DNA of 64,000 nucleotides, taken from the NCBI GenBank assembly GCA_001600695.1, contig BCKQ01000002.1, forward strand, positions 765,184 to 829,183. The letters run 5' to 3'. Numbering within the stretch: the first letter of the stretch is position 1; each line of letters begins with the position of its first letter. This stretch comes from Ascoidea asiatica JCM 7603. Its lineage: Eukaryota; Fungi; Ascomycota. A program made the position numbers and the translations under genes. Below are positions 48,060 through 58,597 of this stretch, piece after piece. The notes beneath the pieces are model-generated. The model was not told the DNA's origin and searched no databases. It saw only the letters and a list, made by a program, of their open reading frames with translations.

Positions 48060-48365
48060 TCAATGATATCAGAAAAAGGATAAATAATAGATTAGAGCCA
48101 AATCAATAAACAAATAGTTTTTGTTGTTTTTGTTGAATTTTTTAAAAATTAAAGATAATAGCAAAAAAAAAAATAGAAGTAAGAAAAACAAAAAGAAATC
48201 GAAGCAGGAAGAGGAATTTATATTATTTGTGACTCTCAGAATTGCTGTTGTCTTCCAATTAGTTTCTAGCATCGCTTCTCTCTTAGGGAGGCGCATGACT
48301 TGGCAGTTAAAGTTGCTTGGTCAGGTGCAGAGCTTCAAAAATAAAATACAATTGCTGCTCGGATA

Positions 48366-48373
48366 CACGTGAC
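48366..48373. promoter_or_regulatory. Cbf1-type E-box (GTCACGTG on the minus strand) upstream of SUI1
   Basis: CACGTGAC on the + strand. Confidence 0.5.
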
Positions 48374-49585
48374 TTTTTTTAAAGTTGCTTTTTCAAGAAG
48401 ATCCACAGTTCTGGATTCTCAACTTTTTTCAAAATAATTCTATTTTTACTAGTCTGTGGGTTTCAGAGAACTCCGAATAACAAGCAGTAGAATAACAGGG
48501 TAACGTTAACTTTGATAGAGAAAAAAAAATAAGTGTATTTCTCGAAGACATCGGAAGTTAACCTGAAAATTATTGTGCGAAAACTACCAACAAAGGGAAA
48601 CAAGAAGAAAAAGAAATGAATAAGATTAAGAAAAGCAAATAAAACTTTTCATTAGGCATGGAGCAGATTGTATATAAAGAAATATAATCAAAAGTGATAA
48701 AAAAAGATAAATCAAAATCAGAATCAGAAAAATTGGTATGTAGTTTGGGATAAGTTGAATAATAATTGATGATGATTAATTCAATTCGCATTTTATACTT
48801 CGATTGTTTTTAAAAAATATGAAATTTTTCGACTTTAAAAATACCTTGCTACGTATAATAGATTATTATAAGTGATTATAAATAATGGCTATACTGTTAT
48901 ATGGATAAGATTCAGATGGGGGATAGTTATAAGGAGGAAATTTTGCCGAGGATATTTAAATAAAGGATTTTGATTTTAAACACTACTAATGAGGTTTTAA
49001 ATTATTGTGATATTGTAGCCGTCAGATATTGTTGCCGTTTGTAATTATCATAACTTTTTACAAAAGATCCGAATTAGTTCTTCTTCTTTCTATTTTTTTT
49101 AATTTCTGTATTGTGGGTGATTATAAGTTCAACATACATAGATGAATGGTCTGAAGTTAAAAAAAATATATGTTTTGTTACTTCGAGACCTTCTTGAAAA
49201 TAAAATTAGCTGGGTTTGATACTTTTAATTTCAATGACTTTTGATATTCACTTGGATAGAAATTACAGAAACTTGGATTTCACATTATTCTAAAATCTAA
49301 GATAAGAAACCTACAGTTTTACTTCAATCCTTAATGTTGAAAAATCAAGAACTATCTTTACAATCCAAAATATCAGAATATAAATTTATCACATACTTTC
49401 TTTTCTTTTTATTTTTTTTATTTTTTGAAACTTCAGTGTCTAGAAAGAACTTGAAAAACTGAAATTATTAATATCACTCGGGTTCATCTTATCTAGCACT
49501 ATTCTAACAACCCAATTAATGTGTTACGATAAATTTAACTCAAACTTCAGTCAACATTTATCAAATAAAATAACAAATAAATAAG

Positions 49586-50013
49586 AAAAATTAATAAAAA
49601 TGAGTTCAGTTGGGGTTTCTTATGATTTGACAAAGCCTACGAATCAAGTTATTAAGAGATTGTATGAACTATTAATGAATGGTAAAAAGTCTTTTCCAAG
49701 AGTTGATCTTGCCTTTGAATTTGTGATTGATCATTATACAAACGCTAGATATTTAGTAGTAATTGCAAATGACCCAGAATTTACTTTAAATAAATTCAAC
49801 TTAGTAACAATAAATGCAACAAAAAATAACCTAGATGGAAATGGTGATATTGCTGCAGTAAATAAAATGCCATTCTCAATTTTCAGAGTTTTACACCGAA
49901 CTGAACATTTTATTGTTTATGCATTTGATAGTGAGACTGAAAAACAGCTTCATTTATATATAATGATAGAAAAAGATGATGTTTATGAAAGATTTAATTT
50001 TCATGGAAAAGCA
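49586..50013 (+). repeat. Left arm of a perfect 428-bp inverted repeat
   Basis: Base-by-base identical to the reverse complement of 51593..52020. Confidence 0.95.
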
Positions 50014-50112
50014 ACTGTATCTGGCTCTGATCGTTGTTATACAATATCTTATAAACCTCCAGATGTGACTCAACAATTTTCACCACTTCAATATCTGTAC
50101 TCGTACTTATAA
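49600..50112 (+). CDS. Orphan protein, paralog A (170 aa)
   Basis: ATG in AAAA context; first 138 aa identical to 51485..52006. Confidence 0.8.
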   Translation: MSSVGVSYDLTKPTNQVIKRLYELLMNGKKSFPRVDLAFEFVIDHYTNARYLVVIANDPEFTLNKFNLVTINATKNNLDGNGDIAAVNKMPFSIFRVLHRTEHFIVYAFDSETEKQLHLYIMIEKDDVYERFNFHGKATVSGSDRCYTISYKPPDVTQQFSPLQYLYSYL

Positions 50113-51484
50113 GCAATTATGATAATTTACTCTGTTTATCATACTATCCTTAGGTGATACCTTTTTAATAGGATTTTACAAAAATGTAACTTATGAAATG
50201 CTGATGGATTTTATTCAACGTTAGCTATCAATCGGCTTCTACTCTCATTATACACTTTTTTTTGGTTCCAATTTTAGTTTCTGGCTTCTTTTTATTTATT
50301 TTAAGTAATACATAGGATTTTTTTTTTTGATTAGTATTGCAAAGGCAATATGCTCAGATTTTTAGGAAAAGTCTCATTTTCTTTTTCAATTTTGTTTATT
50401 TCTTTTTTATTTCCTTTTTTTTTTTTGTTTGCAAAAAGGTAAGAATATTTCAATCGTCTTTTGCTTTAGATATCTTCAAATAAATTTATCCTTTCCTGTG
50501 TAATAAGGTTGATACCGACTAACCGTAATGGCCACTATTGTAAGTTAAATTCATATTTAATCAATAATTTTAGAAATTATAAAACTTTTAAAAACAATTC
50601 TTCTTAAAATAATTCGGTTAACTTCATCCAGGATTGTGTCTTTTTGACGTTCACTGAAAAAAATAAACCATGCCGAAGGAGCTTTTGATACAATTCTCCT
50701 TACAGTAGATGTCTTCAAGAACCACTATTTTGGTACTCTACTAAGTGCTGACTTTAGACTGAAGAAGGTAACTTTATATCCAACTTTGTCTCGCTATTCT
50801 ATTTTTTTTTGCTTTTTTTGAATAACTCTGCAATTTAATTCTGGTTTCTTATTATTAAATTATGCAATGACATTTGATTGGCTTTTCTACAGTGCTATTT
50901 TTGTAAGTGGTCTGTCTAACTAGTAAAACTTTTAGAGCCTGTCAAAATATTCAAATCCTTTTTATAGAGGACCCTTTAGTAGGAATTTTCCAGGGAAAAC
51001 CAAATCATTATTTCTCTTTAAAAGTTGATTACATTTTTATTACAGAGGTCGATTTTTATAAAATAAAACTAAATTGCTAGTGGACTACATAGATAAAAGC
51101 ATTATTGCAGTAAATCCCTTTTTATTGAGTATAAGTCTATCCCAAGCTTCCGAAAAATTTTAATTGTCATATAAAAAATCAAAAAAAAAGAGTATTGAAT
51201 ACAATTGTAAAAAAAAAAAAGAGAATTTTCCCGAAAATGCTAGAATATTGCTAATAAAAAGAAAAACTGTTATTAGCTATTCAAAAAAGTAAAAAAAAGC
51301 TATAAACCAAAATTGAAATTTGAAAGAAAAGAGTACACTCTTGAGGAATAATTGAGTATCAACCAGTGAGAAATAAGATGTACCAGAATTTTATTAAACA
51401 AAAATTTTTTGATGAAAATTATTTTCATCATAAATTTTATAAAAAGGGAGAGTCTGAGAATAGTTAACAAATAAAATACATATA

Positions 51485-52006
51485 TTATAAATGTCTCGAA
51501 ATATAAGCACGTATATTAAAACGACGGTGTTTCTTGGTCACTTTTGAAGGTTTATAATTTATGATATAACAACCATTAGAGCCAGATATAGCTGCTTTTC
51601 CATGAAAATTAAATCTTTCATAAACATCATCTTTTTCTATCATTATATATAAATGAAGCTGTTTTTCAGTCTCACTATCAAATGCATAAACAATAAAATG
51701 TTCAGTTCGGTGTAAAACTCTGAAAATTGAGAATGGCATTTTATTTACTGCAGCAATATCACCATTTCCATCTAGGTTATTTTTTGTTGCATTTATTGTT
51801 ACTAAGTTGAATTTATTTAAAGTAAATTCTGGGTCATTTGCAATTACTACTAAATATCTAGCGTTTGTATAATGATCAATCACAAATTCAAAGGCAAGAT
51901 CAACTCTTGGAAAAGACTTTTTACCATTCATTAATAGTTCATACAATCTCTTAATAACTTGATTCGTAGGCTTTGTCAAATCATAAGAAACCCCAACTGA
52001 ACTCAT
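51485..52006 (-). CDS. Orphan protein, paralog B (173 aa)
   Basis: First 138 aa identical to paralog A; divergent, basic C-terminus. Confidence 0.8.
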   Translation of the reverse strand: MSSVGVSYDLTKPTNQVIKRLYELLMNGKKSFPRVDLAFEFVIDHYTNARYLVVIANDPEFTLNKFNLVTINATKNNLDGNGDIAAVNKMPFSIFRVLHRTEHFIVYAFDSETEKQLHLYIMIEKDDVYERFNFHGKAAISGSNGCYIINYKPSKVTKKHRRFNIRAYISRHL

Positions 52007-52020
52007 TTTTATTAATTTTT
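51593..52020 (-). repeat. Right arm of a perfect 428-bp inverted repeat
   Basis: Base-by-base identical to the reverse complement of 49586..50013. Confidence 0.95.
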
Positions 52021-53216
52021 ATTAGTTTCTATTAGTTTTTATTAGTTTTTTGTTGTTAGGTTTGTTGAGTGTTGATTGAAGTTTGAGTAAAATTAACTGT
52101 ATTTACTTAAAGTTATAGGAGTAATATTAGATAAGTTGATTCCTAGTGAGTTTATATTTCTTTTTTGTTTGTTTTTATGATGATTTAAATAATAGTGAAG
52201 CTAAAAACAAAAGGGAGAAATGTAGTAAATATATATGTTCGAAGTTGAAATAATTTTAACAATAAACATTAAAGTAAAACCAGAGATTATATATTTTTGA
52301 TTTTAGAATAGTAAGAAAAATCCAAGTTTCTGTAATTTGTAGATAAATATATATTAAAATACATCAAAAGCAAAATTACTCAAACCAACTGAGTGAATAT
52401 TTTTATATTACTAGGAATTGCACCTCTCAAAGTAAGCTAAAACTTGAAATAGTTTTATTTTAGAAGACATTTCACTATTGCATATTGTATTTACAATGAC
52501 CCATAGTACAGTAAGCTTAAGAAACCCAGAGAAATGAAAACAAAATATTTTCCTAAATCATGCTATCATAAAAGGCTTTAAGACACAGAAGTTAGGATGA
52601 GCTCAAATTATACTTTAGGTCTCTTAATGACTAAATAAGTAGGATTATCCAATTAAAGAAAAAAAAAAAAGCTTTTAAATAACCCATAATTTCACAAATA
52701 TTATAGTATTACTCAGCGAATATTATACTATCCAATATCCAAAAAAAAGAATAACCAAACAAAGAATAAAAAATGTAAATTATCCTTGAATACATTGGAC
52801 AGATTTTTGTATTTCCTTTTTATTATTCGAAGCTCAATGCTAAGTCTCACATTTGCTTCAGATTCTAAAAGTTTTACTGGTATATCAAATATCCTGGTGC
52901 AAAATGGATATATTTTTCGGTAAGAGACAGAACCCTTGATGTTGGGTGAACCGCTATACTGCCAGAAACACTAAATACCACCTCAAAATCTTCTTTTTTA
53001 CATAGTAAACGTTGTTTCTAAAACAAGAACAAAAACCTCAAAATAATCCAAATAATTTTTTTAAACACTTTAAACCCTTACAAACGGGACTATCTTTATA
53101 TGTCATATGATTTAGCTTATTACTATGGTCCCGGACCACGCATTTTTGGCAGTATATAGTGGGGCCCGAAATTGGCCTCAAAAGAACCGTTATCGAAATC
53201 CGCCAAAAAACAAATC

Positions 53217-53335
53217 CGCAAATTTCCTTTAGACGCAAAAGCTCTGCACGCATATTTGCTACGCAAAAACAACGCTATTTGCGGATCTCTTTTTTTGTTT
53301 GCTTTACTCGATGAATAAACAAAAGAAAGTAAACA
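53217..53335. promoter_or_regulatory. Cluster of four CGCAAAW (MSE-like, Ndt80/Sum1) motifs plus a forkhead site GTAAACA upstream of SLI15
   Basis: CGCAAAT 53217, CGCAAAA 53234 and 53262, ATTTGCG 53277, GTAAACA 53329. Confidence 0.5.
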
Positions 53336-53637
53336 TTGGAGAATAATGCCAATTTTATTTTTATATTCGATTCATTATTAACTGTTTAAAAATAAGATAC
53401 TAATTGAGAGTAGTTGTGATCCTCAAATAATTTATTCAATAACCCATTTCTCTCAGACTTTTACTTATTTATTACGCCAATTGATCATTGATCATAATTT
53501 GTTTGTTTTTGTTTCTTTCAAAATAGAGAAACTCCAATGGAAATAGACTAACTTCAAAATATTAATCAATTTTTTTTTGTGCTAAATTTTTTTTATCTTT
53601 TTTTTTTTCAATCAAATATATCCTGTATTCATTTATC

Positions 53638-56600
53638 ATGGAAAACTTTTGGGTAATGGATTTACTAAAAGGTTCAAAAAATGATAAAAAACTAATACCT
53701 GGAACTTCAAATTGGATATCATCTCAATTAGTTGAAAATAATAATCAAGTTACAAATTCTTTAGAAACTTTTTCAAAAAATTCTTTAAATCAAAATTTTG
53801 AGTGGTTAAATAATCAAATGTTAGAAATTTTATCTTTTCAGAACGATAATGCTAACAATAAAAATCTAACGCTGCCTGAGATTTTATTTAAATCTCCTAT
53901 TAAATCAACTAATGATCGAAATAATCAAGATAATTATAATATTAAAGATTCAGAAGAATTTGATGATACTTTTAATAATTCTAAAATTCAAATTTTACAA
54001 ATAGATGAATCTGATATTTCAACTGACAAAACTTTAACACCTTTAAAAAGTTTAAGTTTTCAACTTTTACCTCCATCAAGTATAAATAATGATAATGATA
54101 TAAAACAACCAAAAGAAGAGAATTTTGAAAATTTTAGCGACAATGATCAAACTTTAACAAATGTGAACATTTCAAATCAAAGTAATCAAAGTAATCAAAG
54201 TTCTGAACAGATAATAGATATTAACGTTTCTGATATTTCTGATTCTTTTAGTATGATAAGTCCTAGATTTCATGATCAAATTGAAAGAGAAAAAAAACCA
54301 AATAATGAAATACAAACTAATACTGAAATAAACCAAGAAAATAATGAAGACAACGAAATTGAAGAAAATGAAGAAAATGAAGAAAATGGAGAAAATATTG
54401 GCAATCAAGAAAATGAAGAGGATGAAAATTTTAATAATCAAAATAATATAAATAATAATGTGGATCAGCGAATACCGTTAAAAAATATTACCTCAACAAT
54501 AAATTCTCCAGTTAAAAGTGTCATTGAGAAGCCAAATAAACCTTTAAATTATAATTCTAATCACAATAATATGAATAGAGTTTCAAAAAAATTTCCAACT
54601 TTACCTAAAAAATTTTCAAATGCAAAAAAAAATGTTTCTAACAATTTTAAAAAATTAAATAGAACTTTCAATGGAAATTCTTTTCAAGTTTTTAAAGATA
54701 GTGATATTAATATAATTGAAGAAGAAAATGATATATATAAAAATGTTAATTTCAAAAAATTACCAAAAAGTGAAGGAGAATTATTAAAAATGAAATTAAT
54801 AAACGATAATGAAAAAACTAATGAAATTAATTGTCAATTAAAAGAAATTTATGAACAATCAGTTAAAAATCGAAATTTAAAAAGAAAAACTTTATTATTA
54901 AAAAATCAAGAATCTCAAAAGAAACAAGAAGCTATTTCTACTTTGATAAATGATTTAAAAAAACAAATCTCTGCTGAAACTGAAGAGCTTTTGAATATTC
55001 AAAATCCCAATATAGATTCTCAAGATTCAAATATAATAACAAAAGAAGTCCTTGAATTAAAATTGAAACTTAAATCTTTACAGGTTGAGAAAGAACAAAT
55101 CATTCAATTGGCAAAAATGGAAAAACAAAGACATTCTAATTTGATATTAGAAGAGGAAAACCATTTAAAAATTTTAAAACTTGAAAAAAATCAAAGACTT
55201 GAAAGAATTAAAAATCTTGAACAAATTAAAAAACAAAGAGAACTTATAAATAAATTAGAAAATGAAAAATTTGAATCAGCTTTAGAAGATGAAAGAATAA
55301 AAAGAATTGAAGAAAATGATAAAATTCAAATTCTTAGAGAAGAATTACAAAAAAAGAAAAGTGAAGAAGAAAAGACAAGACAAAATTTGGAAAAAATTAA
55401 AAGTCATTTAGAATTAAAAATTAATGCAGAAAATCAAAAACTTCAAAACTCATCCAAAGAATTGAGTAAAATTGAACAGCTTAATCAAAAGAGAAAAATT
55501 GTAATAGAAAAGGTTAGGAAGGATCTCGAAGATAAAATTCAAGAGCAATTAAACCTAGAAAAATCCCTTAAAGAAGAAGAAGAAAAATTACTTCAGCGAA
55601 AGTTAGAAATCATGGAGCAAATGACCAAAAAACGAAAATTAGAAGAGGAAAAAAAATTAAAACAAATTTTAGAAGAAGAAGAAGAAGCTAGGAAAAAGAA
55701 GATAGCTGAAGAAAAAGAACAGTTAAGAATTAAAAGGTATACTAATGATTTAAAGTTGAAAAATGAACAGCGACAAAAAAAAGAACAGGAAGCTAAACAA
55801 GCTTTGATTATACAGCAAAAAATTGAAAAGGAAGCTCAGCTTCAAAAACGGATAGCTCTAGAAGAAGAGTATAAAAAAAAACAGGAGATTGAAAAGCAAG
55901 AGATAAAAAACAAAGAAATTGAAAAAGAGAACCTTAAAAGAATGCAAAGTAAAGAAAAAGATGAAAAAAAAGAAAAGCTTAAAAAACAAGACGAGGAATA
56001 TAATCGAATAAAAATGGAAAAGGAAAAAGAAGAAGAAGAAAAGCAAAGAAAAAAAAATGAAGAAGAAAAAGAAGAGATAATACGCCGAGAAAAAGATGAA
56101 ATTGAAAGAAAAAAAAGGCAAGCTGAGGAAGTAAGAATATTAAGAGAAGAAGAGGAAAAGACCCGAAAAAAAGAAATTGAAAAGTTCAAAAAAATGGGAG
56201 AAGAATTTCAAAAAAAGAGAGAACAAAGAATAGCTAAAAGAAAGAAAGAAATGGAGCTTGAAAAGTTGAACAAAAACTCCACAGCAGGTGCAAATGAAAA
56301 TAGTTTTCACCAATATACTTCACAAAAATTTAAAATGTCCGAAGAAATCAATGCTTTCAATGATTCTGTTTACAATTCTAATAATTTTTCAGGTAATGTT
56401 CCTAAGTCTGCTCCTTTACCTTCAATAGAACAAGCAATTGAAGAAGAAAATGTCCAAAAAAACACTGGCTTCAAAAACCAATTAAATAAGACTGCGAATG
56501 AGAGCTTTTATAAAAGTGGATTACCTAAAAGACAAAATTTTTTCAGAAATGATGAAAATAAATCTAAACAAATTGAAGAAATTGATATTAGCTCCAATAA

Positions 56601-58038
56601 TATATCAGATGACAATTTATCAAAACATGACACAAGCATTAATTGGAAAGAAATAAAACTCAATGATGATACCAGAAGAAAGGAAATGGAAAGGATAAAA
56701 AAATTAGCTAAGGAAAAAGTTATGAATATGAGATTTGAAAGTAAAAAAAATCTTGATATCAATTTTAATAAAGAAGAGAACTACAATGAAGCAAAAGCGA
56801 AGAAAAATGAAAAACAAAATTTCAAACTTGAATCTACTAAATTAAGATTTGAAGATCAGAATAATATAATTAATAATTTTAATGGGCGCCGTCCTTCGGA
56901 GTCTAGTAAAGAAATAAAGCAAAAGAAAATTAGTAACTACTTTTCTTTAAAAACCTTCAATGAGCTGGATAGAATTTCAAAAGTCTCAAGTCCAATTGCA
57001 TTTAGAAAAACTGATTTTGGTAATGAAAAAAGCTTTTATTATGATAATGAAGAAAATGATAATAATATCAATAATATTAATAATAATAAAAATGATAAAA
57101 ATAATAATAATAATAATAATGGAAAAAACTTCAGTGAGAATTTTGGTGAAAACAAACTTCTTTCACGATTACTTCTTCCTACACAATCAAGTGCAGCCAA
57201 GTCAATAATGACTCAGTTTGGTAATCAGCAAAATTCAATTAGTCCATCAAAAGAAAAAGCTTCAAGAATCAGTAAATTCAAAACTTTGTCACCACTGAAA
57301 GCTAATGGTCTTAAGTTTAGTATGGGTTCAAAAACCAAATCAATTAATACAGGAAGAGCATCAACAACTATAAAAAGAAAATCAAATAAATTAGAAAATC
57401 AAGATCAAGGAAATAATTCATTTTCTCGTAAGAGAAGTTTCAGTAGAACTTTAGGAAACAAAATTTCTTTTAATTCAATAGTTGAAAATGAAAACAAGAG
57501 ACAAAAATTGAATACTAAAATAATCAATTCAAATAAAGAAAAAAATATCAATAACAACAATAGTCATTTTACTTCAAATAACAACAATAATATATCAAAT
57601 ATTTCCAAATTCAGCACTTTTGCCAAAGGACCAATGACAATTAACTCTTCAAGAATAAAAAATTCAAATGGAATGAACATCAATGGTGATCCAATAAATG
57701 CAGTAATGAACAGTAGGAAAACTCCAACCCGAATCAATGGTACTTTTTCTCCAACAGTTTTACCTGATATAGAGTCAGGTTTTGAAGATGAACCTAAAGG
57801 AGAAGCACTTAAAGCCTGGGCAAATTCTCCAGAACTTAAGCAATTATTACTTCAACAAAAAATGATTGATCCCGAAAATGTTTTTGGACCTATAAGGCCA
57901 TTAAAAATGGAAGATGTTTTTAAAAATTCTTCGGTGACAATCAATAAAGCAAGAGCTCGATCTACTTCTACAAGATGGGATGACAAAAGAACCAGACAGG
58001 AAAAACCTAACCCTCGAAGCTTCTTTGGACTTAAATGA
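53638..58038 (+). CDS. SLI15: INCENP/Sli15 chromosomal passenger protein
   Basis: C-terminal IN-box LPDIES..WANSPELKQLLLQQKMIDPENVFGPIRPLKMEDVF; N-terminal W..IPGTS motif; central E/K/R-rich helix. Confidence 0.88.
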   Translation: MENFWVMDLLKGSKNDKKLIPGTSNWISSQLVENNNQVTNSLETFSKNSLNQNFEWLNNQMLEILSFQNDNANNKNLTLPEILFKSPIKSTNDRNNQDNYNIKDSEEFDDTFNNSKIQILQIDESDISTDKTLTPLKSLSFQLLPPSSINNDNDIKQPKEENFENFSDNDQTLTNVNISNQSNQSNQSSEQIIDINVSDISDSFSMISPRFHDQIEREKKPNNEIQTNTEINQENNEDNEIEENEENEENGENIGNQENEEDENFNNQNNINNNVDQRIPLKNITSTINSPVKSVIEKPNKPLNYNSNHNNMNRVSKKFPTLPKKFSNAKKNVSNNFKKLNRTFNGNSFQVFKDSDINIIEEENDIYKNVNFKKLPKSEGELLKMKLINDNEKTNEINCQLKEIYEQSVKNRNLKRKTLLLKNQESQKKQEAISTLINDLKKQISAETEELLNIQNPNIDSQDSNIITKEVLELKLKLKSLQVEKEQIIQLAKMEKQRHSNLILEEENHLKILKLEKNQRLERIKNLEQIKKQRELINKLENEKFESALEDERIKRIEENDKIQILREELQKKKSEEEKTRQNLEKIKSHLELKINAENQKLQNSSKELSKIEQLNQKRKIVIEKVRKDLEDKIQEQLNLEKSLKEEEEKLLQRKLEIMEQMTKKRKLEEEKKLKQILEEEEEARKKKIAEEKEQLRIKRYTNDLKLKNEQRQKKEQEAKQALIIQQKIEKEAQLQKRIALEEEYKKKQEIEKQEIKNKEIEKENLKRMQSKEKDEKKEKLKKQDEEYNRIKMEKEKEEEEKQRKKNEEEKEEIIRREKDEIERKKRQAEEVRILREEEEKTRKKEIEKFKKMGEEFQKKREQRIAKRKKEMELEKLNKNSTAGANENSFHQYTSQKFKMSEEINAFNDSVYNSNNFSGNVPKSAPLPSIEQAIEEENVQKNTGFKNQLNKTANESFYKSGLPKRQNFFRNDENKSKQIEEIDISSNNISDDNLSKHDTSINWKEIKLNDDTRRKEMERIKKLAKEKVMNMRFESKKNLDINFNKEENYNEAKAKKNEKQNFKLESTKLRFEDQNNIINNFNGRRPSESSKEIKQKKISNYFSLKTFNELDRISKVSSPIAFRKTDFGNEKSFYYDNEENDNNINNINNNKNDKNNNNNNNGKNFSENFGENKLLSRLLLPTQSSAAKSIMTQFGNQQNSISPSKEKASRISKFKTLSPLKANGLKFSMGSKTKSINTGRASTTIKRKSNKLENQDQGNNSFSRKRSFSRTLGNKISFNSIVENENKRQKLNTKIINSNKEKNINNNNSHFTSNNNNNISNISKFSTFAKGPMTINSSRIKNSNGMNINGDPINAVMNSRKTPTRINGTFSPTVLPDIESGFEDEPKGEALKAWANSPELKQLLLQQKMIDPENVFGPIRPLKMEDVFKNSSVTINKARARSTSTRWDDKRTRQEKPNPRSFFGLK

Positions 58039-58597
58039 TTGCTAGTATTTTTATTTTAGATTTTTTCAGATATTTTAGATTTTTTTTTGCAATGTTCCTA
58101 TGTACTATAAATGTGTATGATTAATGTAAATTTATTGTAATTTTATTATAATCGATAATCACTCCATATTCCGCATATTAGAATTTATATCAGTGATTTA
58201 AAGGTACCCAATAGAGTGGTCTCTTTTTGGCACGAGACTACAACCATTATAAACTGGTTCCGAGGGAATTCCGGCTCTTATTGTTTTTAATTTCCAAGCA
58301 AAAACTGAGAAGGTTAAACAATTAAAGGGCCAACTTGTTCTCTTGCGCAAAGTGGGTGGGTGTAAAGCTAAATGATTATGATTGAGAAAACTTTTTTTGA
58401 GGATTATATCCAAAGAATAAGATAAATCAGTTGAGATTATCTGTTTTTATTTCCAACAAGAATTATTTCCTTGATATATATCATTCAAGTACATTTTTAC
58501 TTAATACATTGGACATTTGCCTTATAATTTACCTTTTATTGGTGAAGAATACTAATCTTGAATCAAATCTTCAAATCTAAATAAAGCAAAATTTAAG

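Noticed and set aside
49586-52020. Inverted repeat interpreted as transposon TIRs or an IR-type centromere
   Set aside because: The arms are coding parts of two intact paralogs with homologous flanks; no transposase in the spacer and no target-site duplication seen. A centromere is not formally excluded without Cse4 data
54172-57208. Phe/Ser-rich antisense and alternate-frame ORFs within SLI15
   Set aside because: Shadow ORFs of low-complexity E/K/N coding sequence
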